Below, piece after piece: positions 1 to 8,460 of a stretch of DNA of 64,000 nucleotides. The position numbers and the translations under genes were made by a program. The stretch comes from a virus. Lineage: Duplodnaviria; Caudoviricetes. Below the pieces are notes generated by a model. It had not been told where the DNA came from, did no database searches, and saw only the letters and a program-made list of their open reading frames with translations. The stretch lies in IMG/VR virus record IMGVR_UViG_3300017963_000189; one strand, given 5' to 3'. Numbering within the stretch: the stretch's first letter is position 1; every line of letters begins with the position of its first letter.

Positions 1-1374
1 AGCATTTGTCGGTGTAAATGGACGATAATAAAACTGCTCCCCATCAGTAAATAAAACTCCACCATAACTACCCCACTTACCACTTATCAAACGACCATTA
101 TTTACTTCCAAACGACCATCTATAAGCGTTTGTTGATTGTTCCATGAACCGGAATCAATAGCAAACCAACGTTTATCTTCATCGTCAAAATATTCCAGTA
201 ACACAGTACTTCTCGTCAAATATGTATTTATTGGACGATAACCAATATTTACATTAGCACTCGTTACATCACTTTTACCATCTTTTCTCAATCTCACATT
301 AAATGTTCCTAAATCATTATATGAAGTCTTTACATCATTACTCAATGTTATTGATTGTGTTACCGTCAAATCCCATGAATGTGTAGGAACAGTCAATGAT
401 GAAGTTGACACCGTCGTATTTGAGAAATACGAACTTTGTATTCTCGATTCATCACCATTACTATAAATAGGATTGTACAAATCTTGACCTACATAATTTA
501 CATCAAATTGTGTTGTCCTACCATAATAATGCATTCCACTCATATATTTCCACGCAGGAGTCAACGAAGATGTATATGGATTTGTGGCAAATGACTGATT
601 TGGAAAATGATCAGCATTCGTTCCTACAAAATACATCGTTGTTACATCACTCTCTCCTGCACTATTGTCCGCTAACATCTTATATCTATATGATCCCGTA
701 CTAACAAATGTTCCTGTTATCTCAGCATTTACTTTCAACCAAATGTTACTATATGTCGATATATCTGTTATATTTATTCCACCTGTCGCCCCAACTCCAC
801 TCGATAAGGCTCTCTCACCAAATGAAATGAAGTTTTGTTGACTTCCACTTGATACTGAAGCAGACACTCCACCAACTATACTGGCGAAACTGGCAGAAGT
901 TCCACCAGTAAATGTATCACTTTGATCAGGTGATACTAATACAATAGCATTAGCAGAATCATCGTTTGATAATGTTGTTAAATTATCACCTGGTGACGCA
1001 AATGAATACCACGATCCACTTGTTAACCCAGCAGAAAGATAACCACTAAATAAACTTGGCGAACTTAAAGTTAAATCTTGTCCCGTTAACGCTTCGGGAC
1101 TACTTGGAGCTATTTGTAATAATAATTCATTTACATCGTCAAACGCATTTGGTATTCTCGTATCAGGTGTCCAATAACTAAAATATCCATCCGTATAAGT
1201 TCCGTCATCTGGATTTCCTATTGTACCACTACCTTGTATCGCAACCACATTCAACGCATCGGCTATCGACATCGAAGGATTTAGGGCGCCAATGTTATAC
1301 CCGCCTGCGGTCGGTATACCTGCTTGTAAATCACTTCCACTTACTCTTAATTGTTTTGGATATATTAGTGCCAT
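1..1374 (-). CDS. Virion structural protein, partial (runs off left edge; at least 457 aa)
   Basis: Not in ORF track; translated by hand. ATG at 1374 overlaps the upstream TAA (TAATG). Frame stays open to position 1: MALIYPKQLRVSGSDLQAG...GNPDDGTYTDGYF. Ser/Thr/Gly-rich, like tail/baseplate proteins. Confidence 0.7.
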   Translation of the reverse strand, partial: MALIYPKQLRVSGSDLQAGIPTAGGYNIGALNPSMSIADALNVVAIQGSGTIGNPDDGTYTDGYFSYWTPDTRIPNAFDDVNELLLQIAPSSPEALTGQDLTLSSPSLFSGYLSAGLTSGSWYSFASPGDNLTTLSNDDSANAIVLVSPDQSDTFTGGTSASFASIVGGVSASVSSGSQQNFISFGERALSSGVGATGGINITDISTYSNIWLKVNAEITGTFVSTGSYRYKMLADNSAGESDVTTMYFVGTNADHFPNQSFATNPYTSSLTPAWKYMSGMHYYGRTTQFDVNYVGQDLYNPIYSNGDESRIQSSYFSNTTVSTSSLTVPTHSWDLTVTQSITLSNDVKTSYNDLGTFNVRLRKDGKSDVTSANVNIGYRPINTYLTRSTVLLEYFDDEDKRWFAIDSGSWNNQQTLIDGRLEVNNGRLISGKWGSYGGVLFTDGEQFYYRPFTPTNA

Positions 1375-1721
1375 TATTTCTCAAATACCCTTTTCTTGTT
1401 GTGTACCCATTTATCCATTTGATAAATAAATCCACCATTTTCTTTTTCAATTATTTCTAATCCATAAATAGGCTCTTTTCCTGGCGTCCCAGCAAAAAAT
1501 AGTCCATTATTATCTCTATCTAAATCACTTTCACCAGGTTTTAACAAGTCTGATAGCTTAGTCCAACCAATGAGATTTATTTTATTCATTGATTCAAGTC
1601 GCCATTGTTCCCACTTTTTATCAATAATATTATTCGGGGCATGCGACCACGCTAATTCGCCCATCGCCATGTCGGTTTCCGCATTGGATACTTCCTTTAA
1701 TAATTTCTTTAAACTAATCAT
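1374..1721 (-). CDS. Hypothetical protein with MISLKKLLKE leader
   Basis: ORF track; start/stop overlaps with both neighbours; class-A leader. Confidence 0.75.
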   Translation of the reverse strand: MISLKKLLKEVSNAETDMAMGELAWSHAPNNIIDKKWEQWRLESMNKINLIGWTKLSDLLKPGESDLDRDNNGLFFAGTPGKEPIYGLEIIEKENGGFIYQMDKWVHNKKRVFEK

Positions 1722-2080
1722 TAATATTCTATCTTTTTCATTACAAATTTATATTTTGGATTTTTTCTTTCTACTTTCTTTACATATTTCTCAGGTACAT
1801 CAACATTAGATAACCCTAACATAAATGTATCTGTATCTTGATACCGTTCCCAAGCAATATATCCCTTTCTACTATCTAATGGAATATCTAACCATTGAGA
1901 TAAATGTAAATGTAATGTTTTCCACGCATCGTCAACAACATATAAATCTCCGTTAGGCATACTCATTCCTCTCAACCCAGGTTCCATTCTTCTAATAGAT
2001 TTAGGGTTTTTATATACGTCAAATTCATCGAAAATTTGACCAATTAAATCTTCTTTTATTAATTTTTTTAACTTAATCAT
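1721..2080 (-). CDS. Hypothetical protein, YKNPKS family, MIKLKKLIKE leader
   Basis: Aligns by eye with 42734..43183 and 43188..43634 (YKNPKS.RM...G.S.P.G..YV.D ... NP..KF). Confidence 0.8.
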   Translation of the reverse strand: MIKLKKLIKEDLIGQIFDEFDVYKNPKSIRRMEPGLRGMSMPNGDLYVVDDAWKTLHLHLSQWLDIPLDSRKGYIAWERYQDTDTFMLGLSNVDVPEKYVKKVERKNPKYKFVMKKIEY

Positions 2081-3357
2081 TCAAATTTACCCCACGTTAC
2101 TATTTCATCGTCACTCGTTAGCGCGTATCCTAAACTACCGGTGTCGGCGATAACTACAAACGCACTTCCACTTTGTTTTATTGTAAAAGCATCATGTTCC
2201 ATATATTGACCATTTATAAATACCAAAAAATCATCTTCGTCAGTTGGAGTCATTGTAGATGTACTCGGTAAATCAGATGGAATTGACGCTGTGTATACAT
2301 TTGGATAAGTTACTATTGATTCTCCTACACTTGAACTCACCACCGTTGATCCCACCGTTGTAAATGATGAATATACTGCTAATTTATTTTGGTAATTCAC
2401 TTGATGTTGTAATTTCAATATTTTAGCATCAACCATATCCGATATTGTTTGATTACCACTTACTGCTGGTTGTTTTCTTGACGAAACAATAATCTTTTCA
2501 CAAAATGGATCAGGTTGTGTTACACTCAATACGTCTACTTCCGTTTCCGTATCTAAAATTATTTGTTGTGTTGTATACGTCTTTTGAGTTGTTATTAAGT
2601 CATTCGCCTCTTCCGGAATCAAAAATCCTTGTATATCTAAAGTAAAATTAGACCTAACCATTCTACCCTTTTCCGTACTCAACTCCGTATTCATGTCAAA
2701 ATTGTCGATCTTAGCTTTAAACTTAAACTTTTCATCGTCGCCCCAATAATCGCCCTCGGCGAACTGCATTTGCTCAACAATCTTGTTCATTTGGGTTACA
2801 AACGATGTCCATATAATACACTCATACGTTATAATAACATAGTCCGGTACAACAATGTTATACATTTCATATGTTGGTTTTATATTATTTTTTAACGAAA
2901 ATCTATCATACTTGTTATGTTCGTTTGACCACTTTTTAGGAAAATAATGAACTAAATTCCGGTCAACCTTGTCAATAGGTATATTATCATCACGACCTAC
3001 ATTTGTACGACGGTACATTACAATAGGTGCTATGATCTTCCCTTTACGATCACGTAAATAACCATCCTTTTGAGATGAAACCCACATCTCAGGATCGCCA
3101 TATTTGATCGGAACATCTATCAATATTCCATTCTCTAATACTCTCGGTTTTATTATATTTTTAAAGTAAAAAATTATCGCTTCATCAATGTCTTGTAAAC
3201 CAATGGAAATATCTTTAAATGTATCATCACTTCGTTTTATTTGTTCTTCGCGTTTTTCACGAGCGGGTTTACCAGAATACCTGAGTGTTCCGTCAAAATT
3301 TTCCCTTCTTGTTCTTGGCAAAGGTTTTTGTCTTTTAGGTGTGTTACTAATAGCCAT
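2077..3357 (-). CDS. Putative tail-completion / sheath-stabiliser (gp15-like) protein with C-terminal extension
   Basis: LQDIDEAI.FYF, VP.KYGDPE.W and PDY..ITYE.IIWTSFVTQMN motifs; downstream of neck genes; paralog of 3357..4202. Confidence 0.5.
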   Translation of the reverse strand: MAISNTPKRQKPLPRTRRENFDGTLRYSGKPAREKREEQIKRSDDTFKDISIGLQDIDEAIIFYFKNIIKPRVLENGILIDVPIKYGDPEMWVSSQKDGYLRDRKGKIIAPIVMYRRTNVGRDDNIPIDKVDRNLVHYFPKKWSNEHNKYDRFSLKNNIKPTYEMYNIVVPDYVIITYECIIWTSFVTQMNKIVEQMQFAEGDYWGDDEKFKFKAKIDNFDMNTELSTEKGRMVRSNFTLDIQGFLIPEEANDLITTQKTYTTQQIILDTETEVDVLSVTQPDPFCEKIIVSSRKQPAVSGNQTISDMVDAKILKLQHQVNYQNKLAVYSSFTTVGSTVVSSSVGESIVTYPNVYTASIPSDLPSTSTMTPTDEDDFLVFINGQYMEHDAFTIKQSGSAFVVIADTGSLGYALTSDDEIVTWGKFE

Positions 3358-4202
3358 TATTTCATATCCTCAGCACTTACAACAGTTTCTACTCCAAGAA
3401 CTACTTGTTGTTTTGTTCGTGTCTTTTGTGTCGTTACTAAATCGTCATATGTTTCCGGTATCAAGAATCCATTTATCAATAATGTAAAGTTTGACCTTAC
3501 TAATCGACCTTTCTCCGTATTCACATCTACATTTTGATCAAATGAATCTATCTTTGACCTAAATTTATATTTGTTTTTGTCGCCCCAATAGGCGCCTTCA
3601 CTGTATACAAGCTGTTCCACTATCGAATTCATTTGGGTTACAAATGATGTCCAAATTATACTCTCATATGTCACAGTTATATAGTCAGGTTGGATCACGG
3701 TGAAAACCTCATATTCCTTTTTCCTGTCTATACCGGTCAATAACGAAAATCGATCATATGAATTTTTCTTAGACCACTTTTTAGGAAATTGGTGTACTAT
3801 ATTCCTATCCGTTTTGTCCACGGGCATCCCGTCGTCACGAGCAATGTTCGTCCTACGTACCATTATGATTGGCGAAATCATTTTACCCTTCTTGTCTCGT
3901 ACATACCCATCCTTTTGTGTCGCTCGCCATAACTCCGGATCGCCGTACTTCACCGGTACGTCAATGATTTCTTCATTCTCAATGACAGTTGGTTTTATGA
4001 CATTCTTGAAATAAAATAGGATCGCCTCGTCAATGTCTTGAAGTTTTATGGATACATTTTTGAATGTATCATCACTTCTCTTGACTTGTTCTTCTCTTCG
4101 GTGGGGCACAGGTGGATTGTCTATGTCTTTGTGATATTCGTGCTCGCCCAAACGAGTCTTGACTAAAGGATTTTGTCTTTTTGGAGTTTTATCAATCGCC
4201 AT
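3357..4202 (-). CDS. Putative tail-completion / sheath-stabiliser (gp15-like) protein
   Basis: Same motifs as 2077..3357; GGAGA SD upstream; syntenic after gp13/gp14-like genes. Confidence 0.5.
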   Translation of the reverse strand: MAIDKTPKRQNPLVKTRLGEHEYHKDIDNPPVPHRREEQVKRSDDTFKNVSIKLQDIDEAILFYFKNVIKPTVIENEEIIDVPVKYGDPELWRATQKDGYVRDKKGKMISPIIMVRRTNIARDDGMPVDKTDRNIVHQFPKKWSKKNSYDRFSLLTGIDRKKEYEVFTVIQPDYITVTYESIIWTSFVTQMNSIVEQLVYSEGAYWGDKNKYKFRSKIDSFDQNVDVNTEKGRLVRSNFTLLINGFLIPETYDDLVTTQKTRTKQQVVLGVETVVSAEDMK

Positions 4203-4214
4203 GTTGTCTCTCCA

Positions 4215-4697
4215 TTATATTCTTTCATTCCTGTCACCTACCCTTACATTCTCAATTTGTAATTTGTCTCGTTGAGTCATTGCAGCGGTAGCAACGATGG
4301 AAAAGTTTTTATATACTTGTCCACCAATGAGTTGATTTTCTACTACGGTGTTAATCTCAAAATACGCTTCATTAAACTCAACAATGTCGCCGGTTTCAGG
4401 ATAAAATCCCCTATCAGCTATCATTTCACGATGAAATGCTAATGTTATTGATTGATCGACAACAGGACCAAATCCTTCAGTTGAATCAGTTGTTTGATCT
4501 TCACGGGAAATTAAACAGCCAATTTGAATACCTTTCGTGTATGTCTTTGTGACTGATTCACCGTATATATTATCTTCACTTTCTGTACTAATCTTATATA
4601 CTATAACGGGAGTTTGGATAATCCTATTCAATAGTTCATTACTATAAGAATTAAATAATTTTATATCCCGCCTACGATTGAATAATGGTTTTACCAT
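4215..4697 (-). CDS. Putative neck / head-completion protein (gp14-like)
   Basis: 160 aa, directly after the gp13-like gene; C-terminal PE.GDIVEFNEAYFEI beta motif; AGGGAGA SD. Confidence 0.5.
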   Translation of the reverse strand: MVKPLFNRRRDIKLFNSYSNELLNRIIQTPVIVYKISTESEDNIYGESVTKTYTKGIQIGCLISREDQTTDSTEGFGPVVDQSITLAFHREMIADRGFYPETGDIVEFNEAYFEINTVVENQLIGGQVYKNFSIVATAAMTQRDKLQIENVRVGDRNERI

Positions 4698-4716
4698 TCT
4701 AATCTCCCTTTAAAAA

Positions 4717-5919
4717 TTAAGCAACATATATACCATGTTCAAACGGAACATTCTTTAAACTACTTATCATGGCTTCCTCTTGAGCCGTCTTTTTCTCCCA
4801 CTGGCTTTGCATACTTGCATCTTCTAATGTCTCGCGAAGTTGTGTAATTAAAGCTTCTTTTTCAGTTTGTGCTTCACTTCTCATTGTTTCACCATCAAGT
4901 GTTACCTCAGCATTTGGAATAGGAATTTGTTGATACTTTGACCTAATCATACCTAATGTCTCTTTAGCACAAGCAAGTGCGTATGTCCTAATCCATTGTA
5001 AACCAGGTTGATTCAAACTACTATAAGGCATATCTTGATAACCAATATTTGAAAAGTCGCCTTGTGTTTGTGATCCGGTTGATTGTGAATATTCTTCCTC
5101 ACTTGATCCACTTGGCGTTTGAATAACGTTATTATCTCTATCCTCAACAAAAATATATTCAAACCATAAATTGAATGTAGATGTCGGTCTTGGAAATAAT
5201 CTTAGTTGATTGTTGACTATCTCAAATGAATACGCTGAACGTCTTATTTGATCATTTAATTCAACACTTTGTACCCTCAATAAATCTTCATAAATAGGAA
5301 ATAAAACATATTCAATAGCTGGTTGCCATCCGCCCCAACCGAATTCATCCATCAAATTGTTTCTCGCCAGTCCGGTCTCTACAAATGGATCATAATAACG
5401 AGATACCGCTGGGCGACCTTCATGAAATACCCTCTTGATTTCTATCGCTTTTCCATCAACATTGTCAGCAGCCCATTGATTCAAATCGTAATTTTGACCT
5501 TGTGCTTGCGATACTTCAACAGATCCTTTTCGCCAGGTTATGTTTCCACCCGCTCCAGCTTCAGCACCATACTCGTGTGCTAATCTGATGATTTGATTTA
5601 ATCCGGTAGATGTTATATTCTTTTGAGTTAGATTTACGTTTTTATCCAACCCTTGAGCAGCTAACCTGTTTTCTCGTATGTTGAATTGATTGACCTGGTT
5701 CGCGAAGTCACTTACCGCTTGTTCGTATGCTGCATAAAAATTGTAGTCCGTCATTTCGATTTCTACAACAGGAAATCCTAATCTACGAGCCGACCACTTG
5801 GCGAAATTTGGCGCGTCCTCTTGAAACTTTGGATCATTGTCATACAATCCAAAAGGTGTACTACCTGATACCGCTCCGGGAGTATCTTCCCATACTGGAG
5901 CTTCTTCAAATACTGCCAT
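4717..5919 (-). CDS. Putative neck / head-tail adaptor protein (gp13-like)
   Basis: WIRTYALACAKETLGMIRSKY..IPIPNAEVTLDG motif recalled from gp13-like neck proteins; GGAGAGG SD; upstream late motif. Confidence 0.6.
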   Translation of the reverse strand: MAVFEEAPVWEDTPGAVSGSTPFGLYDNDPKFQEDAPNFAKWSARRLGFPVVEIEMTDYNFYAAYEQAVSDFANQVNQFNIRENRLAAQGLDKNVNLTQKNITSTGLNQIIRLAHEYGAEAGAGGNITWRKGSVEVSQAQGQNYDLNQWAADNVDGKAIEIKRVFHEGRPAVSRYYDPFVETGLARNNLMDEFGWGGWQPAIEYVLFPIYEDLLRVQSVELNDQIRRSAYSFEIVNNQLRLFPRPTSTFNLWFEYIFVEDRDNNVIQTPSGSSEEEYSQSTGSQTQGDFSNIGYQDMPYSSLNQPGLQWIRTYALACAKETLGMIRSKYQQIPIPNAEVTLDGETMRSEAQTEKEALITQLRETLEDASMQSQWEKKTAQEEAMISSLKNVPFEHGIYVA

Positions 5920-5952
5920 TTATCCTCTCCTATAATGAATGTTTCTTTACAC

Positions 5953-5963
5953 ATATAAATATA
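5953..5963 (-). promoter_or_regulatory. TATATTTATAT motif (putative late promoter) upstream of neck operon
   Basis: Exact 11-mer, intergenic, about 35 nt upstream of the ATG at 5919. Confidence 0.6.
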
Positions 5964-6069
5964 AAAGATTAGGAAAATTAGGTAAGTTGTAAGGTGTGTA
6001 TTTTTTAAGCTGTTCCCTGACCCCGTTAGTAGTTTTACTATCTTCGGACAATAAAGTTCCCAACTTTTT

Positions 6070-6080
6070 TATATTTATAT
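6070..6080 (+). promoter_or_regulatory. TATATTTATAT motif upstream of the only plus-strand gene
   Basis: Same 11-mer on the plus strand, about 20 nt upstream of the ATG at 6100. Confidence 0.6.
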
Positions 6081-6099
6081 ATACTAACGGAGAAATAAT

Positions 6100-6414
6100 A
6101 TGAGTTATATTTATCTAATAAAATGTGAAGTAGATGAAACTATATTGTATAAAATAGGATATTCTAAAGATGTGAAAAGACGATTGAAAGAGTTAAAAAC
6201 AAGTAATCCTAACCCTCTTGAGATTGTCGCCACTTTCGAAACTAAACATAATCGAAAACTTGAAACATCATTCCATAACTATTATAAACATAAAAATGTC
6301 AATGGTGAATGGTTTTCACTATCATCAAATGAAGTCGAAAGATTTTTGGAAAATTGTCGCCAAATGGAAAGAAATTTTGATATAATGGTGAAAATGGGAA
6401 ATCCTTTTGTGTAA
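6100..6414 (+). CDS. GIY-YIG superfamily (T5orf172/MUG113-like) nuclease
   Basis: YIYLI...YKIGYS..V.RRLKEL.T.NP..L...E...H...K...GEWF pattern; GGAG SD; own upstream motif and terminator. Confidence 0.8.
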   Translation: MSYIYLIKCEVDETILYKIGYSKDVKRRLKELKTSNPNPLEIVATFETKHNRKLETSFHNYYKHKNVNGEWFSLSSNEVERFLENCRQMERNFDIMVKMGNPFV

Positions 6415-6417
6415 AAT

Positions 6418-6446
6418 AAAAAACCCGACCGAAGTCGGGTTCTTTA
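6418..6446. terminator. Bidirectional intrinsic terminator
   Basis: 8-bp stem AACCCGAC/GTCGGGTT (6422-6441), minus-strand loop UUCG, A-tract on the left and T-rich on the right, between convergent genes. Confidence 0.85.
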
Positions 6447-6457
6447 AAAATTAAATA

Positions 6458-7066
6458 TTAACCTGCATCATCGAAAAATTCAAATGATATTGATGTGGTT
6501 AAATAACTAAATGCTCTATCTTGACTTCTATCTCCACTAAAAGTATTATATACTATACATTTATATGTATAGAAATTCATACTTTGTAATCCCCAACTTG
6601 AAGATACCGTTAATATCGGATTATCCGAATACACAGAATGAATCACCGTTGAACCATTTTTAATTTCATGTTTATATTTAACGGCTTCATTTTTCCAAGA
6701 AGATGAAATTGCATTAACACTTAAAGTTTGACCAATTTGACGCATAATACCATTAGATTGTTGTATAGAAGATTGATACGTTGCTTTCCCAACCTCAATA
6801 GCAAATTCATTTAAAATCGTTGTACCTGCACTATCAGTTACTCTACAAAAATTTAAACCACCTTGAAAACAATAATCTTTTAATTCGTCCGGTACATTAA
6901 GATTTGTTGAACTTATTTCACCAATTTGTAAAGAAAATCCAGGATCCCTAAAAATTTTTAGTTTAATACTTCCAAATATTAAATTCCAAATCTCAGGAAT
7001 ATCAGTATCATTTAAAACTTTATCATGTACTTGAGTAAATGTGTTGGCCCCAGAAAATATTTTCAT
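6458..7066 (-). CDS. Hypothetical protein
   Basis: Start moved to the ATG at 7066 (MKIFSG), which has an AGGAGA SD; no family recognised. Confidence 0.7.
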   Translation of the reverse strand: MKIFSGANTFTQVHDKVLNDTDIPEIWNLIFGSIKLKIFRDPGFSLQIGEISSTNLNVPDELKDYCFQGGLNFCRVTDSAGTTILNEFAIEVGKATYQSSIQQSNGIMRQIGQTLSVNAISSSWKNEAVKYKHEIKNGSTVIHSVYSDNPILTVSSSWGLQSMNFYTYKCIVYNTFSGDRSQDRAFSYLTTSISFEFFDDAG

Positions 7067-7172
7067 TAAATTTCTCCTAATTAAAATTATATTATAATAA
7101 AATATAAGAACCTTTTCCACCTATAAGTATTGATATATATGTAAATAAAACAACAATATATACATATAAGCC

Positions 7173-7202
7173 AAAAAACCCGACTCAAATTAATGAGTCG
7201 GG
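7173..7202 (-). terminator. Intrinsic terminator
   Basis: 9-bp stem CCCGACTCA/TGAGTCGGG (7179-7202) followed by U6 on the minus strand, just after the stop at 7226. Confidence 0.85.
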
Positions 7203-7225
7203 CTTAGTTTTAAATTCTCCTTGTT

Positions 7226-7558
7226 TTATAAAGATTCTCCATTAAAAGTAATACCAAAATTCAAATCATCACTATGACTTAATTCTTCGGGCATTTCCAA
7301 TCCATCATCCTTGACAGATTTTTCGAATAAAAACCATTCGTGATATAAACCACTACCATAAAGTATTCTACTTACATTGTGTGACCCAAATATGTTCGGT
7401 CTATCAACCATGTATCGTATGACCGCATATTTCTTCGCACTCAGTATACCCTTTTCACCGGATTCAAAATTCGCTATTGATGCGTAATCTTTAACTAAAA
7501 CAGTTCCGTCACCATTTCCGGTATCTACAAGTTCAAAATCTAAAAATTTAATTCTCAT
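7226..7558 (-). CDS. Hypothetical protein
   Basis: Start moved to the ATG at 7558 (MRIKFLDF), which has an AAGGA SD. Confidence 0.7.
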   Translation of the reverse strand: MRIKFLDFELVDTGNGDGTVLVKDYASIANFESGEKGILSAKKYAVIRYMVDRPNIFGSHNVSRILYGSGLYHEWFLFEKSVKDDGLEMPEELSHSDDLNFGITFNGESL

Positions 7559-7574
7559 AACTTTTTCCTTTATT

Positions 7575-8258
7575 TTAAGAAAGTTCACTTTTTACATAAT
7601 TCTCAAACCATTTTTCCCATTCTTCATTTACTTCATAATAACGAGTATCAAGTGAATCCCATTCAGAAGTATTATAAGGATGTCCATAATTTTCATTATA
7701 ATTTTCTTCAGTACCAGATCCATCACAATTTGAACAAGTTACATATTCATCATTTTCAGGATCATCATAATCAGCCATTTCACCAGATCCACCACACTCA
7801 TAACAATAATCTTCAGTATATTCTTCGTCGTCTATTTCAACTTTAAAATCTTTCACAACATTATAAACTTTTTCAGTCAGATCATTGACACCTGGCAAAG
7901 CAAATTCATTCATTAATTCAGCTATTTCTTCGTGAAGAGCAATTTGTTCACCATGACTATGACCAAAACCACCTCTATAACTTCCATCGTCGTCGCGAGA
8001 AGCATAACCATTATCGTAATACTGCATATGTCCACCATTACAAACTTGTTGGTTGAACTTTCCAAGTAAAATGACCATAACGGCGAAGTCACCATACTTT
8101 TCTCTTGTCCATTCAATCATCGAAGTATAAGAATTTACTTCTTTATTTTTATCATCTTGCCATTCGTTATAGGCTAAATCAAGTATCGTTTGCCAGTAAC
8201 CATCTTCTTTATTAAAGTTTTCTTTTACGTCTTTTGAAAGTTTTTCTAACTTAGTCAT
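7575..8258 (-). CDS. DMP19/DUF4375-like acidic protein with DnaJ-type zinc finger
   Basis: Start at 8258 (MTKLEKL, AGGAG SD). FNQQVCNGGHMQYYDNG resembles the DUF4375 core (QVxNGGFxQYFxN). CYECGGSG...CSNCDGSG are CxxCxGxG repeats. Strongly acidic. Confidence 0.6.
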   Translation of the reverse strand: MTKLEKLSKDVKENFNKEDGYWQTILDLAYNEWQDDKNKEVNSYTSMIEWTREKYGDFAVMVILLGKFNQQVCNGGHMQYYDNGYASRDDDGSYRGGFGHSHGEQIALHEEIAELMNEFALPGVNDLTEKVYNVVKDFKVEIDDEEYTEDYCYECGGSGEMADYDDPENDEYVTCSNCDGSGTEENYNENYGHPYNTSEWDSLDTRYYEVNEEWEKWFENYVKSELS

Positions 8259-8304
8259 AACTTTACTCCTTTTAAGGTTTTTTCTTTTCTCAATCAACAT
8301 TATA

Positions 8305-8333
8305 AATATACGAAATTTCAGAGTAAATGTCAA
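8305..8333 (-). promoter_or_regulatory. Sigma70-type (early) promoter
   Basis: TTGACA (8333-8328), 17 nt, TATATT (8310-8305); A-tract UP-like element upstream; overlaps a TATATTTATA core. Confidence 0.8.
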
Positions 8334-8363
8334 CTGTTTTCTGTTTTTTTTTCACTTTTTTTC

Positions 8364-8398
8364 AAAAAAAAAACCCGACTACCGAAGTAGTCGGGCTT
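8364..8398 (-). terminator. Intrinsic terminator after major capsid gene
   Basis: 9-bp stem CCCGACTAC/GTAGTCGGG with cUUCGg loop on the minus strand, followed by U10. Confidence 0.9.
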
Positions 8399-8460
8399 TC
8401 ATCAGCGTTTAAATTAAGAATTTAACAGCTTATTGTTAATCTTTATTCTAAGAATTCAGA

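Noticed and set aside
6100-6414. GIY-YIG ORF as an intron-encoded endonuclease
   Set aside because: It is intergenic, with its own upstream motif and terminator; flanking genes are complete and no group I core elements were seen.
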